From the NCBI GenBank assembly GCA_964344555.1, contig CAYFNK010000002.1:1498-65497 (forward strand): a DNA stretch of 64,000 nt. Direction: 5' to 3'. A program made the position numbers and the translations under genes. This stretch comes from Candidatus Woesearchaeota archaeon. GTDB taxonomy: Archaea > Nanobdellota > Nanobdellia > SCGC-AAA011-G17 > PNOQ01. The notes under the pieces are model-generated. The model made no database searches, had not been told where the DNA came from, and was given only the letters and a program-made list of their open reading frames with translations. This document shows positions 53,307 to 62,994 of this stretch, one piece after another. The stretch's first letter is position 1, and the number at the start of each line of letters is the position of its first letter.

Positions 53307-54499
53307 ACTCCTAGTTTAATTTGTGCTTCTATTTTCCTTAGTTCTTTTAGTTTTGCGACTCTTTCTTTACCATAAATTCCACATTTTATCATTGGAATTT
53401 CTAAGCCTATTGCTAAATGTGATATTGATGCATCTAAAGTTTCTCCAGATCTGTGAGATATTATTGGATATAGATTATTTTTCTTTAGTTCATCAACGAA
53501 TTTCTTAGTTTCAATTAAGCTTCCAATTTGATTTGGTTTTACTATCGCTGCGTTTATTGATTTTTGTTTTATTGCTTTTTTTAATCTTTTTAGATTTGTC
53601 ACAGTTAGATCGTCTCCAGTAATTAAACACTTATTTTTGAATTTATTTGTTAGTTCTGCAAATCCAGAAAAATCTTCTTCGTGTAAAGCATCTTCAACAT
53701 AGTGTAGTTTATACTTCTCTATAAGGTCTGAAATATATTCTATTTGTCCTTTTTTTGTTAATTTTTTATTTTTCTCTTCTTTTGAAAAATTTTTGTAAAC
53801 ATAATGTTTTCCGTCCCAAAAACTTGATGCCGCTACATCTAAACCAAGATTAATTTTGAATCCAAATTCTCCTGAAACTTGTTTTGTAATTTCCTTCAAA
53901 ATATCTAGAACTTCAGTATTGCTTAGGTTTGGTGCCCATGCACCTTCATCTGTTAATTGATTCTTGAAACTTTGGTCCACTTCTTTTAATTTCTTTCTTA
54001 CTAATTCGTGAATTCTATTATTTGCTTCTATTGCTTGATCTAATTTTTTGGCACCAAATGGATAAACTAAAAATTCTTGAAAATCTGGCCCTCCTCCTTT
54101 AAAGTGTGCACCTCCTCCAATTACATTCCCTAGTGGTTTCGATATTCTTCTTGTTTTTTTATTGAATATTTTCCACAAAGTTCCAGTACTTTTTAGGATT
54201 GCATATTCCAACGCAACTACTGTATTTCCACCGTGTTTTTTCTTGTCTACTATCTCTTCTACTTTGTCTAATTCATTAAAATTCTTTATATTTAAACCTA
54301 TTAATTCCTTACAGCTTTTTAGAGAACTCACAGAATCACTTACAGTTCCAACAAAATCTTTTGCTTCATGTTTTCCCTTGCTTGCTCCAGAAGGTGCACT
54401 TGCTTCTCCCTTTCCAATATTTGATTTAACAATTACTTTGATTGTTTCCTCTCCACGAGAGTTTTTAATCTTCTTTGCTTTTACTTTTTTTAGTATCAT
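53303..54499 (-). CDS. eno: Enolase
   Basis: NSRGEETIKV, ASAPSGASKGKHEA, IISHRSGETLD. Confidence 0.85.
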   Translation of the reverse strand: MILKKVKAKKIKNSRGEETIKVIVKSNIGKGEASAPSGASKGKHEAKDFVGTVSDSVSSLKSCKELIGLNIKNFNELDKVEEIVDKKKHGGNTVVALEYAILKSTGTLWKIFNKKTRRISKPLGNVIGGGAHFKGGGPDFQEFLVYPFGAKKLDQAIEANNRIHELVRKKLKEVDQSFKNQLTDEGAWAPNLSNTEVLDILKEITKQVSGEFGFKINLGLDVAASSFWDGKHYVYKNFSKEEKNKKLTKKGQIEYISDLIEKYKLHYVEDALHEEDFSGFAELTNKFKNKCLITGDDLTVTNLKRLKKAIKQKSINAAIVKPNQIGSLIETKKFVDELKKNNLYPIISHRSGETLDASISHLAIGLEIPMIKCGIYGKERVAKLKELRKIEAQIKLGV

Positions 54500-54583
54500 T
54501 AGATTTCAAGCTTTTTTTACATTTTAAATAATTAATTATTTTACATAAGATAATTTTTTAAATGATAAACTAAGGTAAAACTT

Positions 54584-54844
54584 ATGGCAAAATATAAAAT
54601 AATTTTTGATAGAGAGGCCTGCATAGGTGCTCTATCTTGTAATGCTGTTGCATCTGAATTCTGGAAACTTGCAGAGGATGGAAAAGTTGACTTGAAAGAT
54701 GCTAAATTAAATGAAAAAACAGGCAAATATGAATTAATAATTGATGAAAAATATCTTAATGTGAATAAAGATGCAGAATCTGTTTGTCCTGTTTATGCTA
54801 TTAAGATTGAGAAAGTAAAAGATGATAGTGATAAAAAAGATTGA
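54584..54844 (+). CDS. Small ferredoxin (single Fe-S cluster type)
   Basis: DREACIGALSCNAV and the distal ESVCPVYAI. Confidence 0.7.
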   Translation: MAKYKIIFDREACIGALSCNAVASEFWKLAEDGKVDLKDAKLNEKTGKYELIIDEKYLNVNKDAESVCPVYAIKIEKVKDDSDKKD

Positions 54845-55088
54845 TGAAAACACTTTTTCTGTGAAAGTTAGTGAAGAGAATAGTTATACTGAACATAAAG
54901 TTAGTGTAGACAATAATTACTATATTAAGCTTACAGATGGAGAAATACCAAAAGAAGTCCTAATTGAGAAATCTTTTAAGTTTTTACTTGAGAGGGAACC
55001 TAAGGAAAGCATACTATTAAAATTTGATTTAAAGAGTATATCTGAATATTTTTATAACTATGAACACAAAATAAAGGAATATTTCTAA
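54822..55088 (+). CDS. Hypothetical conserved-looking protein (88 aa)
   Basis: KSFKFLLEREPKESILLKFDLKSISEYF. It overlaps the ferredoxin end by 23 nt, and the start is uncertain. Confidence 0.4.
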   Translation: MIVIKKIDENTFSVKVSEENSYTEHKVSVDNNYYIKLTDGEIPKEVLIEKSFKFLLEREPKESILLKFDLKSISEYFYNYEHKIKEYF

Positions 55089-55171
55089 GTAATATATGTT
55101 AATCTCTCAGATGTATATAATTAATAAGTTTTATATATATTCTGTAAACTACAAATTGTGGGGGATAGAAG

Positions 55172-56119
55172 TTGGTAAGTTATAGAAAATTAATAAAATT
55201 TGGAGAATCTTCATATGTTGTCTCTTTGCCTGTTGCATGGGTGAAAAAGAACAGTTTGAGTAAAGGAAGTACAATATTTGTTGACGAAAGTTCTTCAAGT
55301 GAACTCATTCTATCATTAGATAATTCTAGTAAAAGAGAGGGATATGAAGTAGTTATAGATCTGAAAAGTAAAGATAAACATCAAGTACATCGGGAGGTTA
55401 CTTCTGCGTATGTAAAGGGTGCAACTACTATAATCATCAAAGGAAATAAATTAAAAAGCAATTTCTCTGTAGTAAAAAATCTTCTTCATAATCTTATGGG
55501 GTTAGAAATAATGGAGCAAACTTCTTCCAAAATTGTTGCAAAAGATATATTATCTGTAGATACTTTGTCTATTGAAAATATTATTAGAAGAATAACAATA
55601 ATTACTGAATCTATGTTAGAAGATTCAAAAAAAATAACAAATAATTTTTCCAATTATAGAAATCTTAATAGTAGAGATGTTGAGGTTAATAGATTAGTGT
55701 TTCTTGTTCTGAGAATAATCAAAATGGGATTTAATAGTCCTGCTCTATCAAAGCAAATCAAGATGACTAATGAAGATCTTTTCAAAAATTGGAACATAGT
55801 AGATTTTCTTGAAGAAATAGCTGATGAAGCAAAGAGAATTAGTAGAATAATTCCACAATTGGATACTTCTGAATTAGAGAAAACTAAATTTAATGAAGTT
55901 TATGCTGAAATAGAGGATTTGTATAAAAAAGCAAAAAAAGCATATTACATGGACGATCAAAAATTAGCATTTGATGTGTCTTCTTATAAAACTAGTTTGG
56001 TTAAGAAATGTGATAGCCTTCTTGAAGAACATAATACTCCTCAAATGGCAAGAATGGTTGAGAGAATGAAAGCTATGATTGCAGGTATAAGAAATATTTC
56101 AAGAGTAATTTACCAATGA
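55172..56119 (+). CDS. AbrB/SpoVT-domain plus PhoU-domain regulator
   Basis: The N-terminal KLIKFGESSYVVSLPVAWVKKNSLSKGSTIFV is a swapped-hairpin AbrB-like domain. The remainder is helical and PhoU-like. Confidence 0.6.
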   Translation: MVSYRKLIKFGESSYVVSLPVAWVKKNSLSKGSTIFVDESSSSELILSLDNSSKREGYEVVIDLKSKDKHQVHREVTSAYVKGATTIIIKGNKLKSNFSVVKNLLHNLMGLEIMEQTSSKIVAKDILSVDTLSIENIIRRITIITESMLEDSKKITNNFSNYRNLNSRDVEVNRLVFLVLRIIKMGFNSPALSKQIKMTNEDLFKNWNIVDFLEEIADEAKRISRIIPQLDTSELEKTKFNEVYAEIEDLYKKAKKAYYMDDQKLAFDVSSYKTSLVKKCDSLLEEHNTPQMARMVERMKAMIAGIRNISRVIYQ

Positions 56120-57540
56120 AAAAGTTAAACAAAGACGAGAAACATTGTAAGGAAATAATTCAAGAATATTTTAATAAAAACAACTCTAAAAAGAAAGTAA
56201 AAAGTGTTAGAAGGGTTGCAATTTCAAAAGTGAAACCAACTCTTAAAAGAAAACTTTCCAAAGAAGAAGTTAGATCTAAAATAAATCCTGAAAGAAAAAG
56301 TAGCATAAGGGTATATGAAGTTAGTTTGAATGGTATGGTTCCTAAAGATTCTAAGATGTTGGTTGTAGGTAAGAAATATAAGAACGTATCTTCAGACCAT
56401 AGTAATAAAGGATTTCCTATGTTTGTAGAGGGAGAATCTCTAAAACTTTGTAATGAAGTGTATGGGAAAAGAGCCCCTTTAGACAAGTTATTCCCAGAAT
56501 TTTATGCTTACGATAGGGGAGTTTTATTTAAAGAATATATTAGTGGACAAAGTTTGACCAAAGTTATAAATCATGGAAATAAAAAAATAGAATCAACACT
56601 TTCCGAAATAGGTTCTCTTGAAAAAAAATTGAGTAGGGGAAATCTTAATTCTGAACAAGTGGCTAATCTTCTTATGAAAAAAAAGAGATTAGAAACCAAA
56701 GCAGATAACACTTTAGACAATTTGAAAGATTTGATGGTGGCAACCGTAGAAACCTTAGCAGACTTTCATGAGAGCGTTTATCATAGTGCCCCTAATAGAG
56801 AACAATCATATGTTATCAATAGATTGGAAAAACATAATTTTGCACAAGAGTTTGCAGATTTGTCTTTAGAATTATCTCGCCAAGCTGGTATCAATGGTGA
56901 AGATAAACAATGGTGGGTTGAGGTATTTAATGCATTTTATTCTTCTCCAGTTGCAGATTATTTAGGAAATTCCTCCCGATCCCACGTTAGGTTTTTGATT
57001 GGAGACTATTATTCTGATAATATTCTTGTTAATCTTGAGAAAGTAATAAACTCAGATAAGGGAGAGGTTATTGGGAATGCTCTTTCAAAAGTTTACAAAC
57101 AAGGTTATAAGAGAAGTAAAAAACCTTATAGTTCTTCGATGTTGTGGAAGAGAGCCCTTAGATTGTATGATTTAGGTAAATGTATAGAAGGACCTGTTGG
57201 GTTAGACCTTAGTGATTTGTTAAACATACCCTATCTTACAATAGGAGACAATTTTATTGATGCTTATTTGGATGTTTATAGAGAATTTTCAAATGGTCTG
57301 AGACCTAAAAAAGGAAAATTATACAAAGGACCATTAAGAAAATCTTTTGGTTATTGTTCTATTCCAAGATTGCTTAGATCTGCAGTGAATGAAAGTGTGG
57401 TAACCCACAAAAAGAAATATATCAATGCTCTTGAAGAAAATTTAGATAAATATAAGGGACTTAGTATGTTGGCACACAGGCTTAGAAACAGAGGATTATT
57501 CAGCGAAAGCAAATATGATGAATTAGAAAAATCTAGATAG
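56116..57540 (+). CDS. Hypothetical protein with a possible atypical kinase/phosphotransferase-like fold
   Basis: Weak matches only: FKEYISGQSL (hinge-like), LIGDYYSDNILVN (catalytic-loop-like) and LYDLGK (DFG-like). ATGA overlap with the PhoU-like gene. Confidence 0.3.
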   Translation: MKKLNKDEKHCKEIIQEYFNKNNSKKKVKSVRRVAISKVKPTLKRKLSKEEVRSKINPERKSSIRVYEVSLNGMVPKDSKMLVVGKKYKNVSSDHSNKGFPMFVEGESLKLCNEVYGKRAPLDKLFPEFYAYDRGVLFKEYISGQSLTKVINHGNKKIESTLSEIGSLEKKLSRGNLNSEQVANLLMKKKRLETKADNTLDNLKDLMVATVETLADFHESVYHSAPNREQSYVINRLEKHNFAQEFADLSLELSRQAGINGEDKQWWVEVFNAFYSSPVADYLGNSSRSHVRFLIGDYYSDNILVNLEKVINSDKGEVIGNALSKVYKQGYKRSKKPYSSSMLWKRALRLYDLGKCIEGPVGLDLSDLLNIPYLTIGDNFIDAYLDVYREFSNGLRPKKGKLYKGPLRKSFGYCSIPRLLRSAVNESVVTHKKKYINALEENLDKYKGLSMLAHRLRNRGLFSESKYDELEKSR

Positions 57541-57899
57541 TATTTCTTTATGTTTAAATCCTAATCTTAATTTACTTAGTTCTTCCTTTGAAAACCACTT
57601 TGTCTCTGAAACTTCATAATTATCTGGTTTTGGCTCTTTGTTCGTGTCTGCTTTGAATATATATAATTCTGCCTTCCAATTTATTGATGGAATTCTCTCT
57701 TCCATTGAAGTTATGTACTTTGGAGAAATTTTAATCCCTGTCTCTTCCTCTGTTTCTCTTTTTACAGTATCTAAAGGAGATTCTTTTTTATCAACGTGTC
57801 CTCCCGGAAGTACCCAATAATTTTTGTAAGGTGTATTTAATCTTTTTTCTAGAAGAACCTTATCCCTTTTTTTATTATTGCAGCAGTAGTTCTTTTCAT
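57523..57899 (-). pseudogene. NUDIX hydrolase split by a frameshift in an A7 run
   Basis: Nudix box GGHVDKKESPLDTVKRETEEETGI is in the frame ending at 57523. The only ATGs (57899, 57905) are in another frame, which stops at 57849-57851. One extra A in the run at 57867-57873 (T7 on the plus strand) joins them into a 125-aa protein. Confidence 0.7.
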
Positions 57900-57998
57900 A
57901 ATCATAATTTTAATTACAATCTTTAAAAAATTAGTGTTTGCGTTACATTAAGTTTAAATAAAAAATGTGATATCATAATATATTGAAGATGATAAAAT

Positions 57999-58322
57999 AT
58001 GGAACTTAGTGATTTTTTTTCTGATTTGGAACAAACTAAAATTTTGAGCCTAACAACTTTTGGCGCAATGACCGGAGCAATTGCTGGAGTAATGAATCTT
58101 GATGAACGTATTGAAAATAGTAAGAGAAAAATATTTTCTGAAAATAAAAAGATAGAAAAAGCTTCTGTTAAGATTATGACTTCTTCCCTTGCAGGAATAA
58201 CTTCTGTTAATTATGGTGGTTCTTTATTTTCTAATGTTGGAGAAGGAGCAACTTATACTATATTATTTAGACTTGGTTACGGGGCAGGATATCAGATTAC
58301 CAAAAGTTTCTATAATCGCTAA
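57999..58322 (+). CDS. Hypothetical protein (107 aa)
   Basis: ORF only; Gly-rich hydrophobic segments. Confidence 0.4.
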   Translation: MELSDFFSDLEQTKILSLTTFGAMTGAIAGVMNLDERIENSKRKIFSENKKIEKASVKIMTSSLAGITSVNYGGSLFSNVGEGATYTILFRLGYGAGYQITKSFYNR

Positions 58323-58334
58323 ATTTTTATATTT

Positions 58335-58628
58335 TTGTACTATATCAATTCTATGTCTCAGAAAATCAGTGTTTTTAAGATATCTTTGGACGAGTCCTTT
58401 TCTAATACTAACTATGCTATAGCCGTTGAAAATTATCTTGATATAATCTCAAAGGATCTTGGAGAGATTGCAAAACGTGCAGAAATAGTTTCTAGACAAA
58501 ATCCTTCAGATTATTCAATAGAATATAAAATTTCAAAAGATAAAATTCACAACTACCATTGTAGTAATTTGGATAAAAATGAAATAAAAACATTAGATAA
58601 GTATTTAGATAAACTGAAAGTTTTTTAA
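58335..58628 (+). CDS. Hypothetical protein (97 aa)
   Basis: ORF only. Confidence 0.4.
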   Translation: MYYINSMSQKISVFKISLDESFSNTNYAIAVENYLDIISKDLGEIAKRAEIVSRQNPSDYSIEYKISKDKIHNYHCSNLDKNEIKTLDKYLDKLKVF

Positions 58629-58651
58629 ATTGGTCAATCACCTCTTCTACT

Positions 58652-60139
58652 ATGGATTTACAAATCTTAGCTGAAAAATTACACCCACTAGAAAGAAAAG
58701 TTTTGAAAATTCTTAAGGATAAAACTAGTCTCGAAGAAATGGGGTCTAAGACTAAATTAAAAGAAGTAGAAATAACTAGGGCACTTCAGTGGTTGGAAAA
58801 TAAAAAAATTGTAAAAACTGAAAAATCTGAATCTGAAATTGTAATTTTAGGTAAAAATGGAGAAGATTATGTTGAAAATTCATTACCTGAGAGGAGATTT
58901 CTTGAAGCTCTTGAAAAAGAATCTTTAACACTAGACCAAATAAGGAAAAAAGGAATCAATAGAGAAGAATTGAATATTTCCTTAGGATTGTTGAAGAGAG
59001 AAGGAGCAATAGTTTTTGGTCTAAAAGGAAAATTGAAACTTACTAAAAAAGGAAAAGATTTGCTTAAAGAAAAATTTCCTGAAGAAGAATTTTTGGAAAA
59101 ACTTCCATTAAATTTAGATAAACTACGTGATTCTGATAAAAAAATATTTAACGATTTGAAGAAGAGAAAAGAATTAGTTGATGTTGATTCTAAGAAAATA
59201 ATAGTAGCAAAATTAACTAAACTTGGTAAGGACTTACTAAAAGTTAAAATTGATGAAACTTTGATTGAAAGTTTAGATAAAGATATGTTGAAATATGGGA
59301 AATGGAGAAATAAGAAATTTAGAAGATATGATGTTGAAGTTAACGTTCCTAAAATTTATCCTGGTAAAAGACATTTCATAAATGAATCAAAAGAGTATGC
59401 CAAACAAATTTGGTTAGATATGGGCTTCAAAGAAATGAGAGGTAGTTCAATTAATAGTTCTTTTTGGAATTTTGACGCCTTATTTGTTCCTCAAGACCAT
59501 CCTGCAAGGGAAATGCAAGATACTTTTTTCTTGAAAGGAACTGGAAAACTTCCAAAAGATATAGTTTCTAGAGTAAAAAAACAACATGAAGCTTCTTGGA
59601 AATATAGTTGGTCGGAAAAAGAAGCAGAAAAACTGGTTTTGAGAACTCATACTACTGTACTATCTGCTAAAACAATTGCTAAATTAAAAGAAGAAAATTT
59701 ACCTGCTAAGTTTTTTGCTATTGGAAGAAATTATAGAAACGAAGCTTTAGACTGGTCACACTTATTTGAATTCAATCAATCAGAGGGTATTGTTGTTGAT
59801 CCAAATGCTAATTTTAAACACTTGCTTGGATATCTAAAACAATTCTTTAAAAAAATGGGATATGGCAAGGTTAGATTTAGACCTGCATATTTTCCATATA
59901 CAGAACCAAGTGTAGAAATTGATGTTTATGTTACTGAAAGAAAAACTTGGGTAGAATTAGGAGGTGCTGGAATTTTTAGACCAGAAGTTGTAAAACCTTT
60001 ACTTGGAAAGGATATTCCAGTTTTAGCCTGGGGATTTGGTTTAGGAAGAATAGTCTCTCCTTATTATAATATTAAAGATTTAAGAGATTTTTACAAGAAC
60101 GATTTGAAACAATTGAAGGAGATGAAATCTAGAATATAA
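58652..60139 (+). CDS. pheS: Phenylalanine--tRNA ligase alpha subunit (archaeal type)
   Basis: N-terminal winged-helix repeats. Class II core FVPQDHPAREMQDTFF, LRTHTT, FAIGRNYRNE, GAGIFRPEV. Confidence 0.9.
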   Translation: MDLQILAEKLHPLERKVLKILKDKTSLEEMGSKTKLKEVEITRALQWLENKKIVKTEKSESEIVILGKNGEDYVENSLPERRFLEALEKESLTLDQIRKKGINREELNISLGLLKREGAIVFGLKGKLKLTKKGKDLLKEKFPEEEFLEKLPLNLDKLRDSDKKIFNDLKKRKELVDVDSKKIIVAKLTKLGKDLLKVKIDETLIESLDKDMLKYGKWRNKKFRRYDVEVNVPKIYPGKRHFINESKEYAKQIWLDMGFKEMRGSSINSSFWNFDALFVPQDHPAREMQDTFFLKGTGKLPKDIVSRVKKQHEASWKYSWSEKEAEKLVLRTHTTVLSAKTIAKLKEENLPAKFFAIGRNYRNEALDWSHLFEFNQSEGIVVDPNANFKHLLGYLKQFFKKMGYGKVRFRPAYFPYTEPSVEIDVYVTERKTWVELGGAGIFRPEVVKPLLGKDIPVLAWGFGLGRIVSPYYNIKDLRDFYKNDLKQLKEMKSRI

Positions 60140-60140
60140 A

Positions 60141-61745
60141 ATGCCAACAATCACTTTAGATAAAAAGGACTTATTACATCTCGTTGGAAAGAAATTATCA
60201 AATGAAAAACTAAAAGATAGAATTTCTATGCTGGGAACTGATTTAGAACAGGTTTCAGATAAAGAAATTACTGTTGAAATTTTTCCGAATAGACCAGACC
60301 TGTTATCTTCTGAAGGTTTTGCTAGGGCGTTGTCTTCTTTTGTTGGCGTTGAGAAGGGATTGAAGAAATATAAAGTGAATAAATCTAATTATGTAGTTAA
60401 TGTAGATAAGACTGTGAAAAACGTTAGACCTTATGCTGTTTGTGCAGTTGTAAAAAATGTTAAATTAAATGATGCGGCAATTGAATCCTTGATGCAAGTT
60501 CAAGAAAAACTACACACTACTCATGGAAGAAATAGAGAGAAAGCTTCTATTGGAGTTTATGATTTAGATACAATAAAATTCCCTTTAACTTATACTACTA
60601 AACCTGAAGATTTTGAGTTTACTGCTCTTGAAACTACTAAAGAACAGAGTTTATCTTTGATCTTAGAAAAACATCAAAAAGGTGCAGAGTTCAAACATCT
60701 ATTGGAAAAATTTGAAGAATATCCAATATGGTTAGATGCAAATAAACAAGTCTTGTCTATGCCTCCAATAATAAACTCCGAAGAAACAAGAGTTACTGAA
60801 AAAACTAAGAATCTGTTTGTTGATGTTACTGGGACTGATGAGCAAGCAGTTGAACAAGCTCTTAATATAATTGTTACTAGTCTTTCAGATAGAAATGGAA
60901 AAATTTATTCTGTTAAGGTAGGAAGTAAAACTTATCCAAATTTAGAACCTAAAAAGATTAAGATTAGTCCTTCTTATTTGAATAAAAGACTAGGATTGAA
61001 CTTAACTGAAAGAGAAATTTACACCTTATTACAAAAAATGGGAATTGACTATAAGAAACCTTATGTTTATGTTCCTTCTTATCGTACAGATATCCTTCAT
61101 GAAATAGATGTTGCCGAAGATGTCGGCATAGCCTATGGTTACGAAAATTTTGAACCTGAAATTCCTAATGTTGCAACTATTGCAGAAGAAAATAGTTTTG
61201 AGAAATTTAAAAATAAAATTGCTAATCTGTTAACTGGTTATGGTTTATTTGAAACTAATACGTATAATATTACTAACAAAGAGAATCAAACTAAGAAAAT
61301 GAGAGTTGATATGAATGTTGTTAGAATAGCAAACGCACTTAATGAAGAGTATGATGTTTTGAGAACTTGGATGGTTCCTAGTTTGTTAGATGTTTTGAAA
61401 AATAATAAACATCATGAATATCCCCAAAGAATATTTGAGATTGGATCTGTTTTTATACCTAAGGAAAAGTCAAGACTTGGAGTTCTCTTAACTCATAAGA
61501 ATACAAATTATACTGAGGCAAGACAAATCTTAGATTCATTATTTAGTTTACTTGACATTAATTATGAAATAAAAGAAACAGAACATGATTCATTTATTAC
61601 TGGAAGAGTTGCTAGAGTTTATGTGAAGGGAGAAGGAGTTGCATATATTGGAGAGTTACACCCTGAAGTTTTGGAAAACTTTGAATTAGAAATGCCTGTT
61701 GTTGGTTTTGAACTAAATTTATCTGATTTGTACAAACTTATTTGA
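60141..61745 (+). CDS. pheT: Phenylalanine--tRNA ligase beta subunit (archaeal type)
   Basis: B3/4 and B5 domain layout (IFPNRPDLLS, SYRTDILHEIDVAEDV). Directly follows pheS. Confidence 0.9.
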   Translation: MPTITLDKKDLLHLVGKKLSNEKLKDRISMLGTDLEQVSDKEITVEIFPNRPDLLSSEGFARALSSFVGVEKGLKKYKVNKSNYVVNVDKTVKNVRPYAVCAVVKNVKLNDAAIESLMQVQEKLHTTHGRNREKASIGVYDLDTIKFPLTYTTKPEDFEFTALETTKEQSLSLILEKHQKGAEFKHLLEKFEEYPIWLDANKQVLSMPPIINSEETRVTEKTKNLFVDVTGTDEQAVEQALNIIVTSLSDRNGKIYSVKVGSKTYPNLEPKKIKISPSYLNKRLGLNLTEREIYTLLQKMGIDYKKPYVYVPSYRTDILHEIDVAEDVGIAYGYENFEPEIPNVATIAEENSFEKFKNKIANLLTGYGLFETNTYNITNKENQTKKMRVDMNVVRIANALNEEYDVLRTWMVPSLLDVLKNNKHHEYPQRIFEIGSVFIPKEKSRLGVLLTHKNTNYTEARQILDSLFSLLDINYEIKETEHDSFITGRVARVYVKGEGVAYIGELHPEVLENFELEMPVVGFELNLSDLYKLI

Positions 61746-62679
61746 AAATACCATCTTTTGTAATCTCTAAGGTATTTTCTATTCTATTCTTTACTTCTTT
61801 TTTGTCAAATCTTATTCTTTTTTTCCCAAGATCTTGGTATGCTTCTTCAGAAAGATGATACATCCATAAAAAATATTGATAATTATCTTGAACTTCTATA
61901 AGATCTGTATCTGGTATTGAAACTAGGCCTTCTTCCTTGAAATATTCTAATCTTTCTACTGTGGAAGAAGGATAATTCTTGATAAAAGATTTTGTTTTGT
62001 TTTGATTTAGGTGCTTAATCACATTTCTTGTTAATTCTGTTTGAATATATCTCAATGGACCGTACTTGAAGGAACCTTGTCCTTTATTTGGATCGAAAAT
62101 TGCAATTCCGCTTTCTAAATCATAATGGATTTTGTTTTTTCCTCTGAATTTGTTCATACCTATTTCTGTTGATTTTTTGTATTCTTTCTTTCTTCCTTTT
62201 AATTTTTTGTTAATTCTTTTTTTAATATCCTTATCAGTTAATTCGCTCAATAAGTTATTAACAGTTTGATTATATAATTTTAATCTTCCACATAAGAGTT
62301 TAGAATCAATCATCCTACTTGGAAAAACTCTTTCTGGATCATTTTGATAATAACTCAGCATATCTCTTCCAATTATTTTAGTTTCTAAAGTATCAAATTT
62401 CTTACTTCTCTTTAATTTGTGGTTCAACTTATACATTGAAGGATAATGTCCATTCTTTGAATTCTTGACTAGAATTAATTCCACCGGAGACATTGGACCT
62501 TTTTCAAATCTTGCATCACTTCCTGTAATAAGAAATACATAGTCATCACAATTGGTGAACAGATCTGCTAGTCTTTCTGAAAGTAATTCATGAATCGTTT
62601 TATTATACCAATATATTTCCATATGATAATCTTTGTAATCTTTATTCTTTACTGGCCTAAATTTTGGTATTCTAATCAT
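61738..62679 (-). CDS. GlnD/DUF294-like nucleotidyltransferase-fold protein (possibly inactive)
   Basis: ITGSDARFEKGPMSPVELILV resembles GSxxRxE..SDxD, with the Asp pair replaced. Confidence 0.35.
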   Translation of the reverse strand: MIRIPKFRPVKNKDYKDYHMEIYWYNKTIHELLSERLADLFTNCDDYVFLITGSDARFEKGPMSPVELILVKNSKNGHYPSMYKLNHKLKRSKKFDTLETKIIGRDMLSYYQNDPERVFPSRMIDSKLLCGRLKLYNQTVNNLLSELTDKDIKKRINKKLKGRKKEYKKSTEIGMNKFRGKNKIHYDLESGIAIFDPNKGQGSFKYGPLRYIQTELTRNVIKHLNQNKTKSFIKNYPSSTVERLEYFKEEGLVSIPDTDLIEVQDNYQYFLWMYHLSEEAYQDLGKKRIRFDKKEVKNRIENTLEITKDGIFK

Positions 62680-62730
62680 AAAATTTGAGAAAAACTAAAC
62701 ACTTAAAAGGCTTATTTTATTGATTTCAGT

Positions 62731-62988
62731 ATGAATTATGACTTGGAATTGGAAAAAGTAGCGCAAAGTATAAAAAGTAATAGCGCTAAGACTGTTTGTA
62801 TACAATTTCCTGATGGTTTAAAGCCTGAGGCAGCTAAAGTTGCTAAAGGATTGAAGGAAAAAACTGACTCGGATATAATAATATGGGCGGGAGATTGTTA
62901 TGGTTCATGTGATACTCCATTAGGATTGAAGGATATTGGGGTAGACATGCTTGTTCAATTTGGTCATTCCGCATGGCCATTTTATTAG
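62731..62988 (+). pseudogene. dph2: Diphthamide synthase Dph2, N-terminal fragment only (85 aa)
   Basis: AKTVCIQFPDGLKPEA..WAGDCYGSCD..VDMLVQFGHSAW matches the first roughly 85 residues of archaeal Dph2 (about 330 aa), then stops. Confidence 0.6.
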
Positions 62989-62994
62989 GAAAAA

